A stretch of DNA of 64,000 bases, from NCBI GenBank assembly GCA_013177855.1, contig JABLYA010000005.1:7426-71425 (forward strand). Direction: 5' to 3'. Below the pieces are notes generated by a model. It made no database searches. It saw nothing but the letters and a program-made list of their open reading frames with translations, and had not been told where the DNA came from. Source of the stretch: Ignavibacteria bacterium. Its GTDB lineage: Bacteria; Bacteroidota; Ignavibacteria; Ch128b. Shown here piece after piece: positions 1-10,400 of this stretch; the first letter of the stretch is position 1; each line of letters starts with the position of its first letter. Both the position numbers and the translations under genes were made by a program.

Positions 1-1
1 A

Positions 2-997
2 AATAGAAATAATATTGGGTTTGCAGGAAGATTATGGTTAAATACAAAAGTCATTTCATTTTGGATATATCCAAGTAAAAAAGAATTAAAAAATGTATTG
101 AACGATTTGGAAGTAGCATTTAATAAAAAATATCCAAAGTATACACCTAAATTAGATTTTAGTGATCCTGACTGGCTTATAGAAGTTATTGGTGATTTTG
201 AAGATCCAGGCGATAATGATTGGGATAGTGAAAAATTAGGAAATAAAAAACCAAGATTAATACCATTGTCAGAATATACTGGTTCTGAAGAAAGAGATAA
301 TGAAGAAATAAGAATACCACACTTAATGGATTGGAGAGAAAAGGAAATGATAAAAAAGAAAGGTGTTATATTTGGTAAAGGTTTTGGTTCTGATATGACT
401 GCATGGGATTCTAAAAATCCATTGCCTTGGAGACAAGCAAAATATCAAGAAAGTATGAAAGTAAAATTTAATGAATTTTTAAATGAAAATAAAACAGAAT
501 ATACAATTTATTGTGATATGGATGGTGTATTAACTGATTTTGATGGTGATTTTAAAAGAAAATATTTAGACGAATTTAATAAAAAAAAAACGGAACCGAT
601 TTTGAAACGGGTTGGGATTATGAAAAAGTTTATGGTCCAAAAGAATTTTGGAAAGAAATTAGAAAATTAGGATTACAATTTTGGTCAGATATGAATTGGA
701 TAAAAGATGGTAAAAAATTATGGAATTTTTTAAAAAAAATATGATCCTAAAATACTTACCAAACCTTCATTAGACGAATTATCAAAAAAAGGAAAAATTA
801 TCTGGTGTGAAAGAGAAATAGGTATAAAACCTATATTAACTTTTAGAAAAGAAACATATGTTAAAAATGATAAATGTATTTTAATAGATGATCTTAAAAA
901 GAATATAGATGATTGGATTAAGAAAGGTGGTATAGGAATATTGCACAAAAATGCTAACGATACCATTAAAAAACTTAAAGAAATATTAGGTGAATAA
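2..997 (+). pseudogene. Gene truncated at its 5' end by the window. A conserved N-terminal module (paralog of the 61252..63252 N-terminus) is fused to a HAD-type 5'(3')-deoxyribonucleotidase. The reading frame is broken twice.
   Basis: Frame 2 is open from nt 2. IPHLMDWREKE..GKGFGSDMTAWDSKNPLPWRQAKYQE matches the 61252 ORF. HAD motif I is IYCDMDGVLTDF, then ILTKPS, then KCILIDDL in shifted frames. Frame changes occur at A10 (581-590) and A8 (732-739), with TAA at 995-997. Confidence 0.6.
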
Positions 998-1250
998 TAA
1001 AAAAATTGAAAATTTTTAACGAGGGTAAATTTTGCAAAAATTGAATATATTGCAAAATAATCAAAAAGTTCAAAAAAGCATTGAAATTCAAAGATATTAT
1101 AAAACAATTTAAATTATGGACAATTCTTACTTTATCAAAAGTTATGTTGAATGAAGAAGATATGAAAACTTTTGTTCAAACAATTAAAAAAATATGAAAA
1201 TTAAATAAATATAAGAAGTCAAAACGATTTCTTTTTTTTTTATTTTCACA

Positions 1251-1302
1251 ATAATTTTTTTTTTCTGAATATTTTATTGTAATTTTGTATCTGAAACTAA
1301 AA
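1251..1302 (+). promoter_or_regulatory. Host-type (Bacteroidota-like) promoter block, copy 1, with TAATTTTG -7 element at 1280..1287
   Basis: A block of about 51 nt is repeated almost exactly at 1690..1740 and contains the TAnnTTTG consensus. Confidence 0.45.
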
Positions 1303-1364
1303 GGTGAAGTGGATATCTATTTATATAGTTATTACAGTTAAAATTGTGAATTTTTAATATTTAT

Positions 1365-1372
1365 TAACTTTG
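1365..1372 (+). promoter_or_regulatory. TAACTTTG -7-like element 15 nt upstream of ATG 1388
   Basis: Matches TAnnTTTG and sits just upstream of the CDS. Confidence 0.35.
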
Positions 1373-1387
1373 TAAAATTTATACAAT

Positions 1388-1630
1388 ATGAAAAAGATAA
1401 AAAAATTTATTTGTAAAATTGTAAAGAAATTAAATAAAAAAGAATATGAAAAGGTAGTAAATTATGTATATGATTTTTGTAATGGTGAGTGTACAAAAGA
1501 AAAAGTCAGAGATGCTTTAAAAGGTGTATTATTTAATTTAATTACAAAGAAAAAAATAAAAGAAAATGGAAAATTAATGAATTGTTTAATAGATGAAATC
1601 TACGAAGATATTAAGTCACAATACCAGTGA
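1388..1630 (+). CDS. Hypothetical 80-aa protein, copy 1 of a duplicated gene
   Basis: Near-identical paralog at 2226..2474. The duplication extends about 28 nt past the stop codon. Confidence 0.6.
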   Translation: MKKIKKFICKIVKKLNKKEYEKVVNYVYDFCNGECTKEKVRDALKGVLFNLITKKKIKENGKLMNCLIDEIYEDIKSQYQ

Positions 1631-1689
1631 ATGTAGATTTTTGGTTTTAAACTAAAAACATCTATCTTTTAAATTTATATAATCTTATC

Positions 1690-1740
1690 ATAATTTTTTT
1701 TTCTGAATATTTTATTGTAATTTTGTATCTGAAACTAAAA
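1690..1740 (+). promoter_or_regulatory. Host-type promoter block, copy 2, with TAATTTTG at 1718..1725, 26 nt upstream of ATG 1752
   Basis: Repeat of 1251..1302 with a TAnnTTTG match. Confidence 0.5.
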
Positions 1741-1751
1741 ATTTATAAAAA

Positions 1752-2222
1752 ATGAAAAATTTTATTTTTATCTTAATCCTATCCATTTCAATAGGATTAC
1801 AAGCCCAAGAAAACATGAATATCACTGGTGGTATTGCCACAGGAAGTAATGGTGAACTAACTTATTCGGTTGGTTGTTTTTATCAAACAAGTACTGGTTC
1901 TAATGGATCTATTGTTGATGGTATTCAGCAACCTTTTGAAATTTTAGTAATTACAGAAATTGAAAATTTAAAAGGTATTACTCTTTCAATGTCAGTTTAT
2001 CCAAATCCAACCACAGATTATCTAATACTTAATGTTGATAATTTTGAATTATCAAATTTAACTTATCAGTTATTTGATATTAATGGTTCGGTGATACAAA
2101 GTGGTTATGTGTCAAGTAAAACAAACATCGCAATGAGTAATTTTGCTTCATCTACCTATTTTATAAAAGTTTTACAAAATGGTAAGGAAATAAAATCTTT
2201 TAAAATAATCAAAAAATATTAA
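1752..2222 (+). CDS. Secreted protein with N-terminal signal peptide and T9SS (Por) C-terminal sorting domain
   Basis: N-terminus is MKNFIFILILSISIGLQAQ. C-terminus VYPNPTTDYLILNV...YQLFDINGSVIQSG...STYFIKVLQNGKEIKSFKIIKK is the typical T9SS CTD pattern. Confidence 0.75.
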   Translation: MKNFIFILILSISIGLQAQENMNITGGIATGSNGELTYSVGCFYQTSTGSNGSIVDGIQQPFEILVITEIENLKGITLSMSVYPNPTTDYLILNVDNFELSNLTYQLFDINGSVIQSGYVSSKTNIAMSNFASSTYFIKVLQNGKEIKSFKIIKKY

Positions 2223-2225
2223 AAT

Positions 2226-2474
2226 ATGAAAAAGATAGAAAAAATTATTTGTAAAATTGTAAAGAAATTAAACAAGAAAGAATATGAAAAGGCAGTAAAT
2301 TATGTATATGATTTTTGTAATGGTGAGTGTACAAAAGAAAAAGTCAGAGATGCTTTAAAAGATATGTTATTTAATTTAATTACAAAGAAAAAAATAAAAG
2401 AAAATGGAAAATTAATGAATTGTTTAATAGATGAAATCTACGAAGATGTTAAGGCACAATACCAGCAAATGTAG
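2226..2474 (+). CDS. Hypothetical 82-aa protein, copy 2 of the duplicated gene
   Basis: Differs from 1388..1630 at only a few residues. Confidence 0.6.
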   Translation: MKKIEKIICKIVKKLNKKEYEKAVNYVYDFCNGECTKEKVRDALKDMLFNLITKKKIKENGKLMNCLIDEIYEDVKAQYQQM

Positions 2475-2520
2475 ATTTTTGGTTTTAAACTAAAATATTT
2501 TTTAATTTAAATTTTTATTG

Positions 2521-2528
2521 TATCTTTG
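2521..2528 (+). promoter_or_regulatory. TATCTTTG -7-like element 28 nt upstream of ATG 2557
   Basis: Matches TAnnTTTG. The same octamer precedes the genes starting at 31816 and 32219 on the minus strand. Confidence 0.45.
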
Positions 2529-2556
2529 TATATGTTTAATCAATAAATGAAAAATT

Positions 2557-3630
2557 ATGAAAAAGTTATCAGTTCTTTTTGTTGTTTTTTTAATTTCGTT
2601 ATTCGTTTTTTCACAAACACCACAAAAAATTAGTTATCAAGCAATTGTTCGTGATGCCAATAATCATTTGATTAGTAATACTCAAATTGGTTTAGAAATA
2701 AATATTTTAAAAGGTTCTCCTACAGGTACAGTGGTTTATACCGAAACTCTTGCACCAACAACAAACTTAAATGGTTTATTTAGCATTCAATTTGGTGGTG
2801 GTACAGAATTTAATCTTATTGATTGGGGTTCAGATTCTTATTTTATTCAAACCAAAGTTGATATTACAGGTGGAACAAATTATACTATTGAGGGAGTAAG
2901 CCAAATTTTAAGTGTACCTTATGCTTTTCATGCTGAAACAGCAAAAAATGTTACAGATATAAGTAATATTACATCAGTAATTTCAGATTCGATAAATGTT
3001 ATTTGTGATAATGTTTATAATTCTATCGCTGATACAGCTAATGCACTTCGTACATATGTAGATAATGCAGTAAGTGGAAGTAGCTCTACATACTCAATTG
3101 GAGATTTTGCACACGGTGGTATCGTATTTTGGGTTGATGAAACAGGACAACACGGTCTGGTTTGTGCTAAAAATGATGTTGATGATCCTCTTACAGTTCC
3201 TACAGTAGAAACTATTAAATGGCATAACAATACAACTGTTGCAACTGCACCAATTACAAGAGCTAAATCTTCTGGTCCTTTGTCGGGTAAAATGAATACT
3301 TATCTTATTGTATCAAGGTCTACTGCAGCAGGTGTAACAGAAAATTATGCAGCAGTTCTTTGTAGTGAAACTCCTATAACTGAAGGTGGTGTTACTTATG
3401 GAGACTGGTATCTTCCTTCAAAAGATGAATTGTTACTTATGTATGCTAATAAATCTGCAATTAATGCAACTGCAGTGGCAAATGGTGGTTCAGCATTACA
3501 GAATAATACTTATTGGAGTTCTACAGAAGCTAGTCAAACAAATGCTATTAAGGTGAATATGTCTACTGGTTTTGTTGGTTCTGTAATCAAAACAGACTTT
3601 GCATATGTAAGAGCTGTTAGAGCATTTTAA
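2557..3630 (+). CDS. Signal-peptide protein with C-terminal DUF1566/Lcl-like domain
   Basis: N-terminus is MKKLSVLFVVFLISLFVFSQ. C-terminal GDWYLPSKDELLLMY...YWSSTE...VRAVRAF is the DUF1566 pattern. The N-terminal QAIVRD...SVPYAFHAE domain is common in Bacteroidota surface proteins. Confidence 0.7.
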   Translation: MKKLSVLFVVFLISLFVFSQTPQKISYQAIVRDANNHLISNTQIGLEINILKGSPTGTVVYTETLAPTTNLNGLFSIQFGGGTEFNLIDWGSDSYFIQTKVDITGGTNYTIEGVSQILSVPYAFHAETAKNVTDISNITSVISDSINVICDNVYNSIADTANALRTYVDNAVSGSSSTYSIGDFAHGGIVFWVDETGQHGLVCAKNDVDDPLTVPTVETIKWHNNTTVATAPITRAKSSGPLSGKMNTYLIVSRSTAAGVTENYAAVLCSETPITEGGVTYGDWYLPSKDELLLMYANKSAINATAVANGGSALQNNTYWSSTEASQTNAIKVNMSTGFVGSVIKTDFAYVRAVRAF

Positions 3631-3652
3631 TATCTAATATGACAAAATATAA

Positions 3653-3688
3653 AAAGAGAAAGATTAAGTTCTTTCTCTTTTTTTATTT
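3653..3688 (+). terminator. Rho-independent terminator
   Basis: Stem aaagagaaag/ctttctcttt followed by a T-run. Confidence 0.7.
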
Positions 3689-3799
3689 TAATAAATTTGA
3701 ATTAAACATTCCATCAAATATATGTCATTTTATGATATATAAAAATGATATTATAAATCAATACTTAAATTTAGGGTTTGATTATTTAGATTGAGTTCT

Positions 3800-4243
3800 T
3801 TATACAAGTCTGTTTAATTTCTTGATACGAACAAGTCTTTTTATTACTTCTTCATTTGTTTCACGACCATTTAAATAATATTTTTTATTTGTAATCTGAT
3901 CATTCTTATTATACTTTATATATGCTGGTCCATTTTCATTATGTATAAAACCATTTTTGAGGAAATATTCACTTGATACAGTTAATTTATTACAAAATAC
4001 TTGTTCTAATTTATAAAAGTTATCATAGACGAATAAATGAAATTCTATAAAATCTTTAAATACTGTAGTTGTTCCAGTAGATTCTACGTCAAATGCAGAA
4101 ATCATATAACAATGATTTGCTATTTTAACCCAGGAAATATCCTCTGATTTTATTATTATAGATTTGCCTTTTTTAACAATATTATATTCATAAGGTAATT
4201 TATTTATCTTCTCTCTTATTTTAGCATTTGTAAAAATGTTCAT
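3800..4243 (-). CDS. Hypothetical protein with MORN-variant-like C-terminal repeat
   Basis: NGPAYIKYNKNDQITNKKYYLNGRE. Paralogous C-terminal logic to 4221..4571. Confidence 0.5.
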   Translation of the reverse strand: MNIFTNAKIREKINKLPYEYNIVKKGKSIIIKSEDISWVKIANHCYMISAFDVESTGTTTVFKDFIEFHLFVYDNFYKLEQVFCNKLTVSSEYFLKNGFIHNENGPAYIKYNKNDQITNKKYYLNGRETNEEVIKRLVRIKKLNRLV

Positions 4244-4571
4244 TTAACTTGCATCTTTTTTCTATCATTCTTTTAAGTTTCTTTTCTCTAAGAATTTGAT
4301 TCGCTTTTGGTCGCCATTCTGTTTCATTCATCGTTTTACCAAACAAATAAAAAAATCCTCTATTACCATTATGAAATTCTATAGCTGGACCATTTAGTCG
4401 GTGATAGACACCATTTTCTTTATATTCCCATCTATCTTTAAAACGAATCTTTTGATATTTAGTATTATCAACAAGCCATTCATTTACTTTTATTTCATTT
4501 TCGTAAAACTCTTTTAATTTCTGTTCTTTTTCGTTCAAATCAGAAAGTTGCATTATTTCATCGTAAGTCAT
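4221..4571 (-). CDS. Hypothetical protein with MORN-variant-like repeat
   Basis: NGVYHRLNGPAIEFHNGNRGFFYLFGK. The start was moved to ATG 4571 (MTYDEIMQ), which removes the overlap with the upstream gene. Confidence 0.5.
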   Translation of the reverse strand: MTYDEIMQLSDLNEKEQKLKEFYENEIKVNEWLVDNTKYQKIRFKDRWEYKENGVYHRLNGPAIEFHNGNRGFFYLFGKTMNETEWRPKANQILREKKLKRMIEKRCKLNEHFYKC

Positions 4572-4573
4572 AA

Positions 4574-4786
4574 TTAAAATTTTGAATATTTTACTAAATT
4601 TCCAACAAAATCGTGAATCCATTGACCAATAGCTTGACCTGATTCACTTGGAAAAATAATAAGAATTGATAGAATAACAATAGATATGATCCACCATTTC
4701 TTTTTATTCCAAAAGGCAATCAACTTACCTTTTAGTTTTCTCTTATTTAGTTCTTTCTGTTTTTCCTTAACTCTTAAATCTTCCAT
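4574..4786 (-). CDS. Small membrane protein (single TM helix)
   Basis: Hydrophobic core WWIISIVILSILIIF after a basic N-terminus. Confidence 0.4.
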   Translation of the reverse strand: MEDLRVKEKQKELNKRKLKGKLIAFWNKKKWWIISIVILSILIIFPSESGQAIGQWIHDFVGNLVKYSKF

Positions 4787-4924
4787 AAACTATATTAAAT
4801 TTATATAATTAACAACACCTTATTGGTATAATATCTAATCTATATTTTGTATTAGATGTTGTTGTTGATTTGTATACAAATATTTCATAATATTTATATA
4901 ATTTACTTTGAAATAAGTTTGATA

Positions 4925-7456
4925 TTATCTATAATCACTTGACAAATTACCACCATAGAAATTACCTTTTATCCACATACCTGACAAATAATTTCCATTA
5001 TAAAAATCTCCATTATACCAAGTACCTTTATGCCATGTTCCATTTCTCCATATTGGAATATTTGATTCATTTGAATAAAATACTTTAACTTCAATATCAC
5101 TTATTCTTAATTGTTGAGTTACAACCAAATCTAAATCAAATGATAAAGAAACTCTTAATCTATTTTTAGCAGTTGATAATATTTTTGGGTTGTATAAATC
5201 TAAATTAAAAAATGTTTCTGTATCATCGTAATATATTTCTAATCCATTACCTTGATTATCAACTAGACCCCACATATCATCAACTCCACCAAAATACCAG
5301 TCATTATATGAATCTAAAGAAATTATTTTAGTTTTACCAATAGGTATATTTGGATAATTTATATTACCAGTTGAATATAAACTTGGTGTATAATAACAGG
5401 TATCGTTTATAATATCATACTCTTTATTATCACTATTATCAAAACCAGCAAATACCAAATCTTTAAGAGGTAACATAGCAGTTATATTTTTGTATGCTGT
5501 TCTGTAACTATTATCTTTTAAAACTTGTGTTTTAAATCTTATTGCATAACCATTTACTAAAGTATTTTGTATGTCAGTTACGAAATCATAATCAAAATCA
5601 AAATCTTGAAACGATAATATTGAACTCGTAACATTAATTCTATGTGACATAATACCAACATATTTAACTAATTTTCCAGAATTTGTTGGTGCATTAGTTT
5701 TGTATTTCTTTGCAACTGTAACAGATGTCGCACCAGTTGATAAAACATAAGATATTCCGTTGTAACTTGGATTTGTGTAACCTTGGTCTTGTTCAATATA
5801 AACATAGTCACCTGGTTTAAAATCATGAGTACCTATACCAGCAAATGTTACAACATTATATGTAGTTGATAAAGGTATTGCCATAAAACCACTTCCTCTT
5901 GTTATTGGTACACTTGGTTCAGTATATGTTCCAGCATATATATTTGTGTAATGCCAATATGAATATGGAGTTGTTCCATCAAATTTATCTAATTTAACAT
6001 TTCTTCTAACATAAACTTTTTGTGGACCCAAAGATATTGGTAAACCGTTTGTATATACAACTGCATTCCACATTCCTAAACCAATATTGGTTATGGATAC
6101 TGGCGAAAATTCATTACCACCTATATAGTAATTATACTGAAAATAGAAATCTATTTCACCAAAATCATAATAATTGGTTACAGATGTGTTATACATTGTA
6201 TTTAATTTATCAAATTGGAATGATACTATATTCGATTGTGTAAAAGTAAAGGCGCTAGTCGCTGCCGTAACACTTATAATATCAATATCAATTTCTTCTA
6301 TAAAATGTGATAATTCATAATAAGTATTTGATGAATTTAATGTATTAACATTAATAGAAGTTTTTGTTTGTATAGGTATTTCTGTATTTCCACTCCATTT
6401 ATAATCAAGTCTTAAATCTGTTTGTGAAACATAAATAGGTGAAGTCCAATCTGTTGCTTTTATATAACCAAAAATACCATTTTTCCACAAACCATTTTCC
6501 CAAGTACCCATCTTAAAATGTCCACCATACCAAATACCATTTTCCCAAGTACCATCATGCCATACGCTTAAATAGTTTTTAGAAGATTCAATAGGATTAC
6601 CACTATCATCTGTAACATAACCTGAAAACCATTCTCCACCTTTCCAAACACCATTATACCAATTACAAATAGCACTATTATTATCAGTGTCTAATGTTGT
6701 ATTTCCAAATCTACTAACAAGACTTCTATTCAATTGAGAAAATGTTCCATTCAACCAATCACCTTTTATGAAATTACCATTATACCAAAAGCCATTATAC
6801 CATGTATCACCGTTAAATGTACCGTTAAACCAATAACCATCTAACCATTTAGAATTAGTCATATTACCACTGGAATGACGACCATTTTTCCAAATACTGT
6901 TATAAAATTCACCATTTTGGAAGATACCATCAAGCCATACAGCAACATTTTTTTCTTCATATTGTATTGCACCGCCAATCGTACTTACAGCTTTTTTAAA
7001 ATTTGGATATTCATAACCTTCATAATTTGCATCATACAATATAAATTCTCTCCAATCTTCAGTAGTACCAGATAAACCAAATGTACCACTTCCAAAAATA
7101 CCTGTTACCCAAATACCATTATGAAATGTAGAATATTGATTTCCAACTTGTTTTATAGAGAATATTTCATTTAAAACGTCAAATTTATCTAATTGATAAG
7201 AATAAAATAGACCGTTTTTCCATATACCATTATAGAAATTGCCTGAATACCAAGTACCATCTTCCCATTCACCACAATACCAATCACCAAAATACCAAAC
7301 AATACCTCTATCATTTTCACCTATTACAGCATCTTTTACTTTAGCATTTAGCAACCAATTATATTTAATTTTAACCTTTTCTAATGACATTCCATTTACA
7401 AAAGTTACATTTGATTTTTCAAATTCTATTCCTTCTATATTTAATATTACTGACAT
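4925..7456 (-). CDS. Virion structural protein (tail fibre/baseplate-associated) with W/G-rich repeats at both ends
   Basis: 843 aa. Repeated G-x-W-x-N/D-G-x-F/W-Y motifs occur at the N- and C-termini (for example WYCGEWEDGTWYSGNFYNGIWKNGLFY). Directly abuts the upstream 1851-aa gene. Confidence 0.55.
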   Translation of the reverse strand: MSVILNIEGIEFEKSNVTFVNGMSLEKVKIKYNWLLNAKVKDAVIGENDRGIVWYFGDWYCGEWEDGTWYSGNFYNGIWKNGLFYSYQLDKFDVLNEIFSIKQVGNQYSTFHNGIWVTGIFGSGTFGLSGTTEDWREFILYDANYEGYEYPNFKKAVSTIGGAIQYEEKNVAVWLDGIFQNGEFYNSIWKNGRHSSGNMTNSKWLDGYWFNGTFNGDTWYNGFWYNGNFIKGDWLNGTFSQLNRSLVSRFGNTTLDTDNNSAICNWYNGVWKGGEWFSGYVTDDSGNPIESSKNYLSVWHDGTWENGIWYGGHFKMGTWENGLWKNGIFGYIKATDWTSPIYVSQTDLRLDYKWSGNTEIPIQTKTSINVNTLNSSNTYYELSHFIEEIDIDIISVTAATSAFTFTQSNIVSFQFDKLNTMYNTSVTNYYDFGEIDFYFQYNYYIGGNEFSPVSITNIGLGMWNAVVYTNGLPISLGPQKVYVRRNVKLDKFDGTTPYSYWHYTNIYAGTYTEPSVPITRGSGFMAIPLSTTYNVVTFAGIGTHDFKPGDYVYIEQDQGYTNPSYNGISYVLSTGATSVTVAKKYKTNAPTNSGKLVKYVGIMSHRINVTSSILSFQDFDFDYDFVTDIQNTLVNGYAIRFKTQVLKDNSYRTAYKNITAMLPLKDLVFAGFDNSDNKEYDIINDTCYYTPSLYSTGNINYPNIPIGKTKIISLDSYNDWYFGGVDDMWGLVDNQGNGLEIYYDDTETFFNLDLYNPKILSTAKNRLRVSLSFDLDLVVTQQLRISDIEVKVFYSNESNIPIWRNGTWHKGTWYNGDFYNGNYLSGMWIKGNFYGGNLSSDYR

Positions 7457-10400
7457 TTAAAATGAATTTATTTTTATTTCTTCTACGAAAACACTATATT
7501 TTGGTGTTGTTTTAAAATTGTCTGGATATCTATTACCACCAAAATAAGCACTACCTTTATAATAACCACTTATATAAACGCTGTCATTTACAATATTCAT
7601 TGAGTTAATATATATTTCTTCTGTACAGGTCTTATTCTTAATTCCTACAACAGAACCATTTAACATATTTAATTTAACCATATAAGAACCAGTATTTTGA
7701 CAATATAAAATATTATTATCTAATACAGTTGATTGATTATAATATCCACTTACTAATAAATATTTACCATACAAACCATCATATACTATCATATCAGTTG
7801 CATAATCTTGATTATTACCTCCTAATGTTTTTACCCAATTCAAATTTCCATCTTTTGTAAAACTAAATACAAATATATTCCAATTATTATTAAATACTTC
7901 AATAGAATATTGTGAAGCTAAATATGCAGCAGATGTAGTATGACCTGGTTGGGCTATTATAGCATTAGTATTTGCTAAACCACTACCAACAGATGTTGAT
8001 GTACCAACACTTAAATTAGTAACATTGCTCCAAGCATAACTTCCATTTAAATCATTTGGTGCTACTTCATAATAAGTGTAAGTACCGTTTAAATTATCAA
8101 CTTTATAGAATATCCAACCTGTTGATGGACCTATATCACCTATATTATAATTCAAATCACTTGTGAAATTTCTAATTGGTCTTATTAACATTTTTAAATT
8201 TGATGATTTAGATGTTATGCCACTATATCCTGATAAAAATTGTCTGCGAAGTGCAAAATTTGATGGAGATGCAGGATATTCAGAACTTGACCAATAAGAT
8301 GGTGTTGTTCCAGATAAAATATCATCATTAAAATATCCAATACCTGATAAATGTAAATTATTATACATTAATGTTAATTCATCCCAAGAAGGTAAATACC
8401 AATCATTATAAACAACGGAATTATTTACACCATATTCAACACCTTCATATAATAATCTACCTTGTGCTTTTATTAACATATAAACATTATCTTCATAATA
8501 TAACATTTTTTTAACAAAATGATTAGTATCTGTTGGTGAATTAAAATCCATTGTGTAAATTGCTTTACCCCAATTATATAAGCCATTAGTACTAATTTTC
8601 AATAATGAAATATAATTATAATTATTATTTGTTACAATACAAGTTGATATAGATCCATCATTTGATACAGATTTTAACATATTTGATGCAGGGATTCTAT
8701 TTGATACATACAAATATGAATTGGTATCATCTTTTATTATTTTTAATGATGTATCATTTGATGTATATGAATTTATAGTGTCTGTGTCTTGTATATTTGT
8801 TTGACTTGCAAAAAATTTCTTATACCATAAAATAGTTTTATAATCTTGTTCATATGCAATAATTGCACATGTTTTTTTATTATAATAAGTATCTAATAAT
8901 ATATTGTTTAATCCGTCATTATTATATTTTGTATAATAATTAATATCAGCACTAACAAAATCATAATGTTTATTTTGTACGGTTACATGATCTTGAATAA
9001 CACATGTTTCGGTAGCATTTGCTGATTTATATGTTATAGCAGTTATTATCTCGTTTTGTTCATTATACATTAAGACATGACTTTGATATATAGATGAAGG
9101 TATTGAATCACTATCTATTTTAGTAATTGCATCCGTGGTTGCTGAAGGATTTGCGAATAATAAATATGAACTGAAATTATCTCTACCAGTGTGATATATG
9201 TAATATTTATTATTGTAATCATCTATTTTTATGTCTTTTATATAAGAATAAACTGTTGCTGTCGGTGAAGCAATAAAATATGTATATAACAAATCTTTTT
9301 CTACTAATGTGTTAGCATCAAATACTAAAGTTGCGTCATTTCTCAAATATTCGTTACTATTATATAACACATTTGTTGTATTTCCTGCAAAATCATAAAT
9401 ACCTTGATATTTAATATTTACATATAACTCATTATTTACAAATGTTGTATTTAAATGATATGTTAATTCATCAAATACAATAGAATCATGTGAAATACCA
9501 GTATACCAAAGCAAATCAATATATTTGATATTTAAATCTTTAAGTTCTAAAGGATAAGGTAATTTTGTTTTTTTATCTATACCAACATCAATTAATTCAA
9601 TAGGTTTATATGTTAAATTGACATCATAAATATTGTTTAGATTTTCATCAATTTCTGTATTAAATATGTCAAAATTAAAGATACCATCTTCTTGATATAT
9701 AATACCAGTTGTTAAATTTCTAACAAATTCATTCTCTTTCAATATTAAAGCATATTGTGAACAAATTTTAGTATATATATTATCAGGATATTTATAGTAG
9801 TGAGAATGAGGGTAATTCAAATAAATATCATACAAAATGTCTGATATATCTTGAATTTTACTAACATTAATTAAATCAAAAGTATTTGCTGAAATTCCAA
9901 TATCAATTCTTGGTTTTTCAATTAACATATATTCATCTGTTACTTCGTAAATTAATGTTCTTGAACTATTTGTAGTAAAATAGTATGGTGTGTAAGGAAT
10001 TCCACCGACTTTATATAATAATCCAAAATCTATATACGTAAATGGTTTAAAATCTAATAATTTAGCTTTGTTGTTTGGAATAATTTTGTATAAACTTGAT
10101 TGAATAGGAAAATAACTATCAGTGAATGTATGTCCTTGGAATGCCCAATTAGTATCCATTTCTTCTATAACATATTGAGATGATAATAGGTATGATTCAT
10201 TATACATATTAACTGGAATTTGACCAAGATTTTCTAAGAAAGGTTTTAATTTATAACTTTGATAAGCATTTTTAGTATCAAATGTATATGCGGATACTCC
10301 TGAAACAGAAATATTTATTGTTGTAAAATCGAAATATCTAAAATAATCCGAATTTTCTATAACACTTGATCTTATCTTATCATCAAGTGATGAGAAATGT

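Noticed and set aside
730-1107. Minus-strand 125-aa ORF
   Set aside because: It lies antisense to the frame-shifted HAD nucleotidase coding sequence. The sequence is low-complexity and F/I/L-rich, typical of antisense reading of AT-rich genes.
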